Assembly (NCBI GenBank): GCA_011390275.1
Contig: JAABST010000018.1
Location: forward strand, 17,204 to 81,203
DNA length: 64,000 bases
Direction of reading: 5' to 3'
DNA from: Geitlerinema sp. S16
GTDB taxonomy: Bacteria > Cyanobacteriota > Cyanobacteriia > Cyanobacteriales > Geitlerinemataceae
Shown: piece after piece, positions 18,698 through 28,135 of the stretch
Numbering within the stretch: position 1 is the first letter of the stretch
How the letters are laid out: each line of letters starts with the position of its first letter
Position numbers and translations under genes: made by a program
Notes under the pieces: model-generated
The model's input: only the letters and a program-made list of their open reading frames with translations
Databases searched by the model: none
Told to the model about the DNA's origin: nothing

Positions 18698-18937
18698 TTA
18701 GAAACCGCTCGCGTTGGAATCATCCGCCTCTTCAAAGGAATCATCTTCCTCTTCGCCCATGAGGATGAATTCATCTTCCTCGCGAGGCAAGGCAGGCGCT
18801 TCGACCTCGTCACGTGCAATCAGGCGACCGGTGGATTTTAGCCAGTCGAGAATTGAGGTATCGTCGCGCGAGGGAATCAGCTCGGCGGGATCGTGACGGG
18901 GTAATTGGCGCAGGGAAGGGTTATTCGGATCGCGCAT
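18698..18937 (-). CDS. DUF3134 family small acidic protein
   Basis: NPSLRQLPRHDPAELIPSRDDTSILDWLKSTGRLIARD followed by an acidic tail matches my recollection of the cyanobacterial DUF3134 family. Confidence 0.6.
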   Translation of the reverse strand: MRDPNNPSLRQLPRHDPAELIPSRDDTSILDWLKSTGRLIARDEVEAPALPREEDEFILMGEEEDDSFEEADDSNASGF

Positions 18938-18980
18938 TCGAGGTGCTTAGTCAAAGGTGGAAAATTCGTCAAGGTCAATT

Positions 18981-20357
18981 CTAAGGCATTGCGGGAGTTG
19001 CAAGTCCCGCGAGCGACGATCGTTCGATTAATTTAGTTGCCGATGAGCGATCGCATTTTTGCTGAATCAACACTTGAAATCCACCAAGCCCTTGCGGATC
19101 AATCAGATCCCGCAAGACTTGGTGACGCTGAAAAATCTGGGCAATATCGTTCGCCGTCGCGGGTTGGCCTGCCGCGCGATCGCCATCTTTTCGCTGGCTC
19201 CCTTGCCCTAGCCCCGAGAGTCGATCGCCCAGCCCCAAGGCCATCAGAAATAGCGCCTGCGGGGTTCGCCCCAGGGTCGCCAGTCCGAGGGCTTCTCCCC
19301 AACGCTCGATCGCGCCGAAGTCAACGTGAGCCGTGATGTCTTGGAGGCCGAGATTTTTGTAGGGGTCGGGATGGTGTTGGTGTTGACTGTAACAGTTCAA
19401 CGTGCCGTCACTGCGGTAGGGAACGTAGTAGCGATCAGTGTCGTAACCATAGTCGATCGTCAGCACATAGCCGCGATCGAGAATACGAGCGATCGACGTC
19501 ATCCAGTGTTTAGCAGCAAGATTCACCTCGGTGGTGTACCCCTCCGGGTATTCCTGCACCCGATTTGTTTCACGGCGAGCTGCGGTCTTCTCTGGCGCGT
19601 CACTCTGGGTATTACAAAGATCAATGCCCGCGTCCGCAAAATACTGCGCGATCGCCGGTGTCGATAGCTCGCCAATCACTTCGACGCATCCCGCCTCTGG
19701 TGCGTTCGCATCGTAGGTCACATACACTTCCTGGAGCTGAAACTGAAGCTGACCTTTGCCCTCGCTCTCGCCATCCCCCGCGCCATTCCCGCCATTCCCG
19801 CTACCAACTCGCACGCGGTGTACCGGAAAGGCATCGAGTAATTCATTTGAAAAGCAGCAGCCCACGATCGACGCATCGGCGATCGCCTCCAGTTCACACC
19901 AGGCGATCGAGACGTCCGTTTGCAAATCCGCAAGCTGTTGCTGTTGAACGCGGCGCAGACTCGCCGATTTTTCGACAATCCGATAATTGATAGTGCGAAA
20001 GCAGTCCGGCACTTCGCGCTTGATATAGCGCAACACGTCCCCGGCGAGAATTCCCTGCCCTGCTCCCATTTCAACCAGGTCGAAGCGATCGGGGCGATCG
20101 AGCTGCTGCCACATATCAATAAGCTGCACCGCGATTAGTTCGCCAAAATCGGCACACAGATGCACCGATGTGGCAAAATCGCCCGCTGCACCCAGACCGC
20201 GACCGCGACTGTAATAGCCAAGGCCGGGATGGTACAACGCGAGATCCATGTAGTGCGCAAAGGTAATGCGGCGATCGGGGCTGGCGTCGATCGCTTGGTA
20301 GACGATCGCAGTAAGGGAAGATTCGGACACGATAGGACAAAACTGAAAAAGCATCAC
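18981..20357 (-). CDS. Class I SAM-dependent methyltransferase, MidA/NDUFAF7 (DUF185) family
   Basis: YMDLALYHPGLGYY...GDFATS and the SAM-binding motif LVEMGAGQG support the call. An internal Gly/Asn-rich insert (GSGNGGNGAGDGESEGKG) is present. Confidence 0.8.
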   Translation of the reverse strand: MMLFQFCPIVSESSLTAIVYQAIDASPDRRITFAHYMDLALYHPGLGYYSRGRGLGAAGDFATSVHLCADFGELIAVQLIDMWQQLDRPDRFDLVEMGAGQGILAGDVLRYIKREVPDCFRTINYRIVEKSASLRRVQQQQLADLQTDVSIAWCELEAIADASIVGCCFSNELLDAFPVHRVRVGSGNGGNGAGDGESEGKGQLQFQLQEVYVTYDANAPEAGCVEVIGELSTPAIAQYFADAGIDLCNTQSDAPEKTAARRETNRVQEYPEGYTTEVNLAAKHWMTSIARILDRGYVLTIDYGYDTDRYYVPYRSDGTLNCYSQHQHHPDPYKNLGLQDITAHVDFGAIERWGEALGLATLGRTPQALFLMALGLGDRLSGLGQGSQRKDGDRAAGQPATANDIAQIFQRHQVLRDLIDPQGLGGFQVLIQQKCDRSSATKLIERSSLAGLATPAMP

Positions 20358-20433
20358 CCCCTAGTGTACGGAGGGTGATGCTTTTTCTGAATCCGGTTAG
20401 CTTTAAGTTTCAACTGTAAATCTAACTGTGTGA

Positions 20434-20522
20434 CGGAGAGAGAGGGATTCGAACCCTCGGTACGAATAATTACGTACAACAGATTAGCAATCTGCCGCTT
20501 TCAACCACTCAGCCATCTCTCC
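20434..20522 (-). tRNA. tRNA-Ser (anticodon GCU)
   Basis: The reverse complement folds as a cloverleaf. The acceptor stem is GGAGAGA/TCTCTCC, the anticodon loop is TTGCTAA, the long variable arm is GTACG..CGTAC and the T arm is GAGGG-TTCGAAT-CCCTC. No CCA is encoded. Confidence 0.9.
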
Positions 20523-20570
20523 ATGTCTGACGCTAAGGTAGCATATCATAGTTTTTCGATGATGCAACCT

Positions 20571-20789
20571 CCCTCAGACGATCGGGCAGGGCAAACGCAT
20601 ACTCCCAATGAATGCCCTCATCCCCCAGCCCCACTTCGACCAGCTCAGTGCGTCGCTTCTCCCATTTTGGGAGAAGGGGAGTCAAATAAAATGAAGGCAA
20701 ATTCAGGTTTTCAAAGTCCCTCGCCCTCGTGAGGGAGAGGGATTTAGGGTGAGGGTCTGCCGAGTATGCGTTTGCCCTCAGACGATCGG
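20571..20789. mobile_element. MITE-like ~190-bp insert with 17-nt inverted termini and 15-nt flanking direct repeats
   Basis: The direct repeat CCCTCAGACGATCGG is at 20571..20585 and 20775..20789. The inverted repeat is AGGGCAAACGCATACTC (20588..20604) and GAGTATGCGTTTGCCCT (20762..20778). The interior has GGGAGA/TCTCCC-type hairpins. Confidence 0.55.
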
Positions 20790-21668
20790 ACGTGCCGCTA
20801 AAAACTGACACATTTCAATCAGATCGGTCGAACTGCGGCGATACTCTAAAATCTGCTCCTGACTGAACCCAGCTTCTTCGTATTGATGATTGATCGCTTT
20901 AAGTTTGCGTCGATAGATCTGCAACAACTTACGTCGTACCTCTTGACGTTCCACAAAGGGCGGGATTTGTAGCCCTAAAGCGAGCGCCCCCTCGTCCGAT
21001 TGTTCTAAGCTCCGTAACTTCACATTCCCAAAACCCGGCAGGTCTTGAAGTGTGCGTAGCGCCGCCACACAGGCCGACCAGTCTAGACCTGTATCAAAGC
21101 TGACTTCCAGCATATCCAGAGTTCGCTGACAGAGACTGACCAGTTCTCCAGCGCCGAACGAGCCGAGTCGGGGACGACATTCCTGCTGATTTGGCTTGAG
21201 GTAGATGTAATCGCAAATCGTACGATCGAGCTGAGTCGGATTATCAATGCGCCAATTTTCAATACAGGCTCCGGTCAGCAACGTTCGATCGAGCTGAACA
21301 TCGGTCAAAATGGCATGACTTAAATTGGCTTCGGAGAGATACGCTTCGCTCAGATTGGCATGGGAGAGATCGGCTTCGGATAAGTTCGCATCGCGCAGGA
21401 TGGCCTTACAGAGAACGGCTTGCTTGAGGTCAGCTTTGCTCAGATCAGCCCCCAGTAAATAGGCTTCGGAGAGATCCGCCGATCGTAAAAATGCCCGCCC
21501 CAAACGCGCCCGCCGCAAATCAACTTTGCTTAAATTTGCGCCCGCCAAATACATCCCCTCCAGATCTGCGCGAAATAGATTCGCTCGTACCTCCGGGTGA
21601 TCTTGACGCCATACATTCCACGTCGCGACGCCCTGCTTGAGTAATGCTAGATGTTCTGCGTTTGACAT
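20778..21668 (-). CDS. Pentapeptide-repeat protein with an uncharacterised C-terminal domain
   Basis: About 130 aa of A(D/N)LXX repeats (ADLSEAYLLGADLSKADLKQAVLCKAILRDANLSEADLSHANLSEAYLSEANLSHA) are followed by ~165 aa with no recognised motif. The start lies 15 nt downstream of the ShlB-type gene. Confidence 0.85.
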   Translation of the reverse strand: MSNAEHLALLKQGVATWNVWRQDHPEVRANLFRADLEGMYLAGANLSKVDLRRARLGRAFLRSADLSEAYLLGADLSKADLKQAVLCKAILRDANLSEADLSHANLSEAYLSEANLSHAILTDVQLDRTLLTGACIENWRIDNPTQLDRTICDYIYLKPNQQECRPRLGSFGAGELVSLCQRTLDMLEVSFDTGLDWSACVAALRTLQDLPGFGNVKLRSLEQSDEGALALGLQIPPFVERQEVRRKLLQIYRRKLKAINHQYEEAGFSQEQILEYRRSSTDLIEMCQFLAARPIV

Positions 21669-21683
21669 GATCTCGCGATCCGC

Positions 21684-23774
21684 TTAAAACGGACGCCATT
21701 CTAGCGAAAAGTACAATTCTTGACGGTCGATAATGTCACGGTCACGATTATCGACCTCTGTTAGAGGTATACCCCAGTCTAGCTTTGCCGACAGGACATC
21801 ATCGAGATCAAACGATAAACCCACGCCGATCGAGGCTAGTCCGTTGGGTGAAGGATCAGCACTATCGGTATTCCAGACCGTGCCGAAATCAAAAAATGGA
21901 TGGATTTCGAGCTGAGTTGATCCGTCGCGTGACGTGAACAAGGGAAAACGCAACTCTGCCGATCCAAACAATCCATTATCCGCGAGGAGCAAGTCTTGAC
22001 TGTAGCCGCGCACGCTGCGATTACCGCCAACCCCAAACTGCTCCAGGGCGACCATCGACGTGGTTGAAAGCTGAAGATCGCCGCGAAGTAGCAACGAGAC
22101 ATCGCTCGTACCCAAGAGCTGCAAGTATTGCGCCTGAGTCCGCCAGGAGAAAAAGCGGCTATCGGGCTTTTGGTTGTTGAGGGTGGACTCAAAAATGGGA
22201 ATGCCCCAGTTAAATTGCGATCGCGCGGCAAAAACAGACCGTGATTCGCGCTTTGTCCATTCCTGGAAAAACCGGAAGGCCGAAATGCGAGTTTCGCCGT
22301 CATCGTTGGCGCCATTGGACAGGGGAAAACCAACCCCGAGCAGGGAGGTATCGCTTTCCCGGCGCGAAAAGGTCAAGCCAAAGGCCAGTTCTTCGCGAGG
22401 CGATCGAATAATCGGCTGACGAAACGTCAGTTCAAAATCACGGGAATCGGCTTCGATGTCGATACGATCAAACGGCTCCTCGATAATTTTGCTGCTGGTG
22501 AATCGAGCCGAGGCGCTGAGGGTTGCATTGCTGGAATTGAGCGGCAGGGTATAGGAGGCGGCATATTCATTGCTACCTTCAGTGGCGCTGTAGGACAAAT
22601 CAACCATGTCCCCAAAGCCGAATAAATTCGCTTCGTTCAAACCCACACGACCTCGCAGCACGCCGACCGTGGGCGATCGCCCGTTATCAAACCGCAAGCT
22701 GGTACGGAAGCTATCGGCCTCGCCAATCTCCACTTCGAGCAAGTTCGATCCGGGACGTAGACCCGCCGACAGTTCAGCCGAAAGATTATCAATCAGCGGA
22801 TCAAGCTGAAGCATTTGTAGCGCTTCGAGCAAGTCATCCACGTTGAGCGGCGCATTGGTGGCGCGTTCGATGCGGCTGCGAATGTAGTGGGGACGTAGAC
22901 GATCGGTTCCGGTAATCACGATATCTTCGAGCGATCCTTCAATCACCTGAATTTCGACGATCCCGTTCTCGATCGTCTGAGGCGGGAGAAACGCGCCGGA
23001 GGTGATGTACCGGTTCTCAACGTATAAATCCGTAATCCGCGTCCGCGCTTCGAGCAACTGAGCAAAACGGATCTCCGGCCCCGTCAGATCCTCCAGCAAC
23101 TCGGCAAACTCATCGTCTTCAAACACCGTACTCCCGACCACGCGATAGCCACGGACTTCGATCACCCCCGGAATTTCATCTAAATTGCTCGGCGTTTCAT
23201 CACTCGGAGAGCGTGGCGGCAGCAGTTCATCAATGGGCGGGAGTGGCTCAATTTCTGGCTCCTCTAAGTCTTGAAAATCGTCCGATTGCGGCAAGCGTTG
23301 AGCCAGGTGGAACGCTGGTTCTGGCTGCGTTTCGAGTGGGACGAAGTCGAGTGGAACGACATCGTTAAAGCTGTCTTCTACGTCCCCTGGAAAATTAGAG
23401 GGAGAATTGGATGGAAGATTAGAGGGCAGATTGGATGTGGGTTCCGCCACAGCGGCGGTTGCTGAACGTGGGTTCAGAATGCCATCAACGGTTCCTGAAA
23501 AAAAACTGGCGCACAGGCAAAGACGCAGAGCAAGCTGTAGCGATCGGCTGGGAACCCTGTGACCTTGCATCACAACTTGCATCACAATATAGAGCGCATC
23601 AATCAGTCGGCGAGAAGACTTCGCCGAGACCTGTGGCGCCGGAATGTCTCGCAATGCTCGCAATGACTGTGTGGCTGGGATTCCCGATAGGATCGCTTGT
23701 TCGCAGCTTGCGGCCTCTCTACAAATGGCGGGGTCAACGGGATTCCAGTCGCTTGATAGGAAATTGCGGGACAT
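21684..23774 (-). CDS. ShlB/FhaC/HecB-family two-partner-secretion transporter (TpsB; POTRA + beta-barrel)
   Basis: A POTRA_2-like region (VRGYRVVGSTVFEDDEF...IVEIQVIEGSLEDIVITGTDRLRPHYIRSRI) is followed by a long beta-strand-rich barrel ending in ...YFSLEWRPF. The real start is probably ATG 23582 or 23570, just before the signal-like LALRLCLCASFFSG. Confidence 0.85.
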   Translation of the reverse strand: MSRNFLSSDWNPVDPAICREAASCEQAILSGIPATQSLRALRDIPAPQVSAKSSRRLIDALYIVMQVVMQGHRVPSRSLQLALRLCLCASFFSGTVDGILNPRSATAAVAEPTSNLPSNLPSNSPSNFPGDVEDSFNDVVPLDFVPLETQPEPAFHLAQRLPQSDDFQDLEEPEIEPLPPIDELLPPRSPSDETPSNLDEIPGVIEVRGYRVVGSTVFEDDEFAELLEDLTGPEIRFAQLLEARTRITDLYVENRYITSGAFLPPQTIENGIVEIQVIEGSLEDIVITGTDRLRPHYIRSRIERATNAPLNVDDLLEALQMLQLDPLIDNLSAELSAGLRPGSNLLEVEIGEADSFRTSLRFDNGRSPTVGVLRGRVGLNEANLFGFGDMVDLSYSATEGSNEYAASYTLPLNSSNATLSASARFTSSKIIEEPFDRIDIEADSRDFELTFRQPIIRSPREELAFGLTFSRRESDTSLLGVGFPLSNGANDDGETRISAFRFFQEWTKRESRSVFAARSQFNWGIPIFESTLNNQKPDSRFFSWRTQAQYLQLLGTSDVSLLLRGDLQLSTTSMVALEQFGVGGNRSVRGYSQDLLLADNGLFGSAELRFPLFTSRDGSTQLEIHPFFDFGTVWNTDSADPSPNGLASIGVGLSFDLDDVLSAKLDWGIPLTEVDNRDRDIIDRQELYFSLEWRPF

Positions 23775-24210
23775 TAGCGAAATTCTAGATTAGAGAGTGA
23801 CATCCATTTAGCGGCGAAAGCCCAAAACTCAAATCGTTTAGCTTTACTAGGGCAACCCTAGCAGAATTCCCTAGAAACGCACGTGAATCCTGATGTTTTT
23901 TCAATTAAGCGCACAAACCCAAAACCTCACATCGATCACCCACGGCGACCGGTTTTGAATCTAGCCGCCGTTGTTCAAGGATTATTGTGACGGATTTAGC
24001 ACACTTCGCATCTGTATTTTTAGAATAATTGTTGCTAGTACAAAAGCCAATTGCTCCGGAAACGTCGAAGACCCGAAGACTCTCCGATCGCGGACTTGCG
24101 ATCTCGATTTAAGTATAAAACCCAAGACACGAACCGACCTCTGGTAGACTTGACACTTGGAAAAAGGTCTTAAAAACACCGCTAAATAACCATTTGGAAG
24201 GAGCGAGCCC

Positions 24211-25248
24211 GTGGACAAAACCATTGGTTTAGAAATCATTGAGGTCGTCGAACAAGCGGCGATCGCCTCAGCACGTTGGATGGGTAAAGGCGAGAAAAAT
24301 ATCGCCGACGAAGTTGCTGTGGAAGCCATGCGTGAACGCATGAACCAAATCCACATGCGGGGTCGGATTGTCATCGGTGAGGGTGAGCGTGACGATGCTC
24401 CAATGCTCTACATCGGCGAAGAGGTCGGCATTTGTAGCCAGCCCGGTGGCGCCGATCAGTGCAACCCCGAAGAACTGATCGAGATCGACATCGCGGTTGA
24501 TCCCTGCGAAGGAACCAACCTCGTTGCCTACGGCCAAAACGGTTCGATGGCAGTTTTGGCGATCGCTCCTAAAGGTGGTCTGTTTGCCGCACCGGACTTC
24601 TACATGAAGAAACTGGCAGCTCCCCCGGCGGCTAAAGGCAAGGTTGACATCAACAAAAGCGCCACCGAAAACCTGAAGATCCTCGCCGAATGCCTCGATC
24701 GCAAAATCGAAGAACTCGTCGTCGTCGTCATGGATCGCGCCCGTCACAAAGAACTGATCCAAGAAATCCGCGACGCAGGCGCACGGGTTCGCCTGATCAG
24801 CGATGGTGATGTTTCGGCGGCCATCTCTTGCGGTTTCGGCGGTACGAACATCCACGCCCTGATGGGAATTGGTGCTGCACCGGAAGGTGTGATTTCAGCC
24901 GCAGCGATGCGCTGCCTCGGCGGTCACTTCCAAGGTCAACTGATCTACGATCCCGAAATCGTTAAAACGGGCTTGATTGGCGAAAGTAAAGAGGGTAACC
25001 TCGCTCGCCTCAAGAGCATGGGCATTGACGATCCCGATCGTGTTTATGACGCGATCGAACTTGCTTCGGGCGAAGAAGTGCTGTTTGCAGCCTGCGGTAT
25101 TACCCCTGGAACTCTGATGGAAGGCGTTCGCTTCTTCCACGGTGGTGCGCGGACGCAATCGCTAGTTATCTCCAGCCAAAGCCGCACGGCGCGTTTCGTC
25201 GATACGATCCACATGATGGAAGATACCCACACCCTGCAACTGCGCTAG
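24211..25248 (+). CDS. glpX: Class II (GlpX-type) fructose-1,6-/sedoheptulose-1,7-bisphosphatase
   Basis: [41 protein letters not shown]... is a typical cyanobacterial F-I FBP/SBPase. The GTG start is preceded by GGAAGGAG. Confidence 0.95.
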   Translation: MDKTIGLEIIEVVEQAAIASARWMGKGEKNIADEVAVEAMRERMNQIHMRGRIVIGEGERDDAPMLYIGEEVGICSQPGGADQCNPEELIEIDIAVDPCEGTNLVAYGQNGSMAVLAIAPKGGLFAAPDFYMKKLAAPPAAKGKVDINKSATENLKILAECLDRKIEELVVVVMDRARHKELIQEIRDAGARVRLISDGDVSAAISCGFGGTNIHALMGIGAAPEGVISAAAMRCLGGHFQGQLIYDPEIVKTGLIGESKEGNLARLKSMGIDDPDRVYDAIELASGEEVLFAACGITPGTLMEGVRFFHGGARTQSLVISSQSRTARFVDTIHMMEDTHTLQLR

Positions 25249-25331
25249 GGATTAAAGGTATTGCAAGATAATCCAAAATTGTCTTGGACTATCTGACATC
25301 AATTTTGTCTCGATATCGAGCGAAAAGGATC

Positions 25332-25371
25332 GGGGATCGCAACATCATTGATGCGATCCCCATTCTTTTTT
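25332..25371 (+). terminator. Rho-independent terminator after glpX
   Basis: The stem GGGGATCGCA/TGCGATCCCC is followed by ATTCTTTTTT. Confidence 0.8.
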
Positions 25372-25534
25372 AAGGCATCAAAAAGAAGTCGATTATCAGT
25401 CCTGACATATTGGGAGCCGTTGATCTTAAAAGATTTGTCACGATCGTTGCGGAATGTTGTGAACAGTCGCCAAATGAGCAACATTTCTAGATAATTGTGT
25501 CGCATGCTTTTTAATAGCTTTTTTTATAATTTCG

Positions 25535-26821
25535 ATGAATATTGCCGTTATTGGACTGAGCCACAAAACCACCCCGGTCGAAGTACGCGAAAAGTTAAGC
25601 ATCCCTGAGCCTGAGCTTCAGGAGGCGATCGCCCAGCTTCGTGCGTATCCGAGCATCGAGGAAATTGCCGTTCTCAGCACCTGTAACCGCCTCGAAATTT
25701 ATTTCATCGCCAAGGACATGGAGTCGGGCGTGCGCGAGGTCAGTCAGTTCCTCTGCGATCGCAGCCACATGATGCTCTCAGAGCTGCGTCCCTATCTCTT
25801 CGTTCTGCTCCATCAAGACGCCGTTATGCACCTGATGCGCGTCAGTGCCGGTCTCGAAAGCCTCGTGTTAGGCGAGGGTCAAATCCTGGCTCAGGTCAAA
25901 ACGACCCATAAGTTAGGGCAGAAGCATAAAGGCGTTGGTCGGGTGCTAAATCAACTGTTCAAGCAGTCGATTGGCGCAGGCAAGCGCGTCCGCACCGAAA
26001 CCAGCATCGGCACTGGAGCCGTCTCGATTAGCTCTGCCGCCGTTGAACTGGCACAGCTTAAAATGGGCAGCCTCACCGACCTCGATGTTTGCATCGTCGG
26101 AGCGGGCAAAATGTCGAAGTTGCTCGTCAAGCACCTGCTCTCGAAGGGAGCCGATCGCATCACGATCGTCAACCGCTCCCAGCGTCGCGCCGAAGAACTC
26201 GCCGGACAGTACCCCAGCGTCAATATCGTGGTGCGACCTCTCTCGGAACTGTTCGATGCGATCGTTCAATCGAACCTTGCGTTTACCAGTACCGGCGCAA
26301 CCCAGCCGATCTTGACCCAGGCCAACCTAGAGCCGATCGTCGATGCGAAGGGCGATTTAGTGTTAATCGATATTTCCGTACCGCGTAACATCGCCGCCGA
26401 TGTCACGGGTGTCAGCGGCATCCGTTGCTATAACGTCGATGACCTCAAAGCCGTCGTCGCCCAAAACCAGGAAAGTCGCCGCCAAATGGCACTGGAAGCC
26501 GAATCTCTGCTCGAAGAAGAACTCGCCAGCTTTGAATCTTGGTGGCAATCGCTGGAAACCGTCCCAACGATTAGCAGCCTACGTAAAAAGATCGAAACCA
26601 TTCGCGAGCAAGAACTCGAAAAAGCCCTATCGCGCCTTGGCACTGAATTCGACGATAAACATCAGGAAGTGATCGAATCCCTCACGCGCGGTATCGTCAA
26701 TAAAATCCTTCACGATCCGATGGTGCAGCTCCGCGCCCAGCAGGATCTCGAAGCACGTCGCATCGCGATGCATACGCTACGGACGCTCTTCGACCTCGAA
26801 GATGAGTCCATTCATCGTTAA
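25535..26821 (+). CDS. hemA: Glutamyl-tRNA reductase
   Basis: [25 protein letters not shown]...STCNRLEIY...[10 protein letters not shown] and the NAD-binding [10 protein letters not shown] support the call. Confidence 0.95.
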   Translation: MNIAVIGLSHKTTPVEVREKLSIPEPELQEAIAQLRAYPSIEEIAVLSTCNRLEIYFIAKDMESGVREVSQFLCDRSHMMLSELRPYLFVLLHQDAVMHLMRVSAGLESLVLGEGQILAQVKTTHKLGQKHKGVGRVLNQLFKQSIGAGKRVRTETSIGTGAVSISSAAVELAQLKMGSLTDLDVCIVGAGKMSKLLVKHLLSKGADRITIVNRSQRRAEELAGQYPSVNIVVRPLSELFDAIVQSNLAFTSTGATQPILTQANLEPIVDAKGDLVLIDISVPRNIAADVTGVSGIRCYNVDDLKAVVAQNQESRRQMALEAESLLEEELASFESWWQSLETVPTISSLRKKIETIREQELEKALSRLGTEFDDKHQEVIESLTRGIVNKILHDPMVQLRAQQDLEARRIAMHTLRTLFDLEDESIHR

Positions 26822-26886
26822 CAGCCGTCACGATCGTCGTCAGACAGAACGCTGACAGATGAGCAGACAACTCAAAAACGAGACAA

Positions 26887-26931
26887 AAGAACGACCTTCA
26901 ATCTGTGAATTGAGGGTTGTTCTTTCATTTT
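26887..26931 (+). terminator. Imperfect hairpin plus T-rich tail between convergent hemA and the ECF-type ATPase gene
   Basis: AAGAACGACCTTCAAT pairs with ATTGAGGGTTGTTCTT and is followed by TCATTTT. Confidence 0.5.
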
Positions 26932-26962
26932 GCTTGATCCAGGGATTGCAGACTCATCATGG

Positions 26963-27607
26963 TTAACGCAGCGATGCAACGTCAATTGATCGCAGCCGTC
27001 CAGACTCGATCGCCCAGCAATGATCCGCCACATCCAGCAAATCCGCCGCATCGTGGGTCACCACCAGCAAGCTCCACTCTTGTTTCAGTTTCGCCAACAG
27101 CGCCACCAACTGACGCCGCATCGACCAATCTAACCCCGCTGTCGGTTCATCCAGCATCAAGATTTGGGGTTGTCGAATCAGTTGCACCGCGAGCGCAAGG
27201 CGGCGCTGCTGACCGCCGCTGAGTTCGTGGGGGGCGCGATCGACCGACAGATCCCCGAGGCCGACTTCCTTGAGGGCGGCGTACACTTGCTCGGTGCGCA
27301 GCTCGGGATGTCCGAGGCGCAATTCTTCTAGGATCGTCATGCCGCAAAAGTGGCGCTCGGGAAATTGAAAAACCAGGCCGACGAGCTGGTGTAGCTGTTC
27401 TGGAAGTAGCTCTTGCGATCGCCACGCGACCCGGCCGCTCGTCGGTTCGGCCAAGCCTGCCAAAATATCGAGCAGCGTCGTTTTACCCGAACCGCTTGGC
27501 CCGACGATCGCCGTCAGCGAGGTGGGCGGAATTTCGAGATTGATCTCCGACAGGATCGGATGTTCGGTCGCGGCGGGATGGTAACCGAGGTGTTCGAGGC
27601 AGAGCAT
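26963..27607 (-). CDS. ABC transporter ATP-binding protein (ECF/CbiO-type)
   Basis: Walker A is GPSGSGKTT, the signature is LSGGQQRR and Walker B is LMLDEPTAGLD. The length is 214 aa. Confidence 0.85.
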   Translation of the reverse strand: MLCLEHLGYHPAATEHPILSEINLEIPPTSLTAIVGPSGSGKTTLLDILAGLAEPTSGRVAWRSQELLPEQLHQLVGLVFQFPERHFCGMTILEELRLGHPELRTEQVYAALKEVGLGDLSVDRAPHELSGGQQRRLALAVQLIRQPQILMLDEPTAGLDWSMRRQLVALLAKLKQEWSLLVVTHDAADLLDVADHCWAIESGRLRSIDVASLR

Positions 27608-27701
27608 GGGTTTAGGGAAAAAATCGCGAACAGAGGCCGATCGCCCTAACGATTAAACGAGACATGCCTGGGCGATCGGCCATTGATGATTGATGGCGGA
27701 G

Positions 27702-27929
27702 TTAGGCCGGAGTTTTTTGCAGATCCGGGCGTTCTTCAGCCACGATCGCGCCTTCCACCGGGCAGACTTGCAGGCAAATACCGCAATCAATGCAGGTCGC
27801 GAAGTCAATCCAGTACCATGCCGTCCCCTTCGTATTTTTACCGGGGCCGTCATGAATGCAGGCCACCGGGCAGGCTTCCACGCAATCGGCAACGCCTTCG
27901 CAAACATTGGTGACGATAGTATGTGCCAC
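27702..27929 (-). CDS. Small 4Fe-4S cluster ferredoxin
   Basis: The 75-aa protein carries the cysteine patterns CEGVADCVEACP and CIDCGICLQVCP. Confidence 0.85.
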   Translation of the reverse strand: MAHTIVTNVCEGVADCVEACPVACIHDGPGKNTKGTAWYWIDFATCIDCGICLQVCPVEGAIVAEERPDLQKTPA

Positions 27930-28135
27930 GATTTTCCCTCTTGGAATGAATGTCTAAATGAATGTCTAAATCTGTCCGAGTCAATGAATGGATCAAATGG
28001 ATCAATGGGTCATCGACAAGTTAACCAAACTTCACATTGATCGTACCGTACGGGTAGCATCTGGCTCCTATTCCAGGGGCGTTTGAGCCGTGAAGTGAAA
28101 TCGCAGCTTGGATCTAAGCCCGATCGCCTCCCCAT

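Noticed and set aside
20430-20732. 100-aa + ORF
   Set aside because: It starts antisense to tRNA-Ser and runs through the MITE-like insert, so it is an artefact.
25299-25505. 68-aa minus-strand ORF between glpX and hemA
   Set aside because: It lies in an AT-rich intergenic region that contains the glpX terminator hairpin, and there is no supporting signal.
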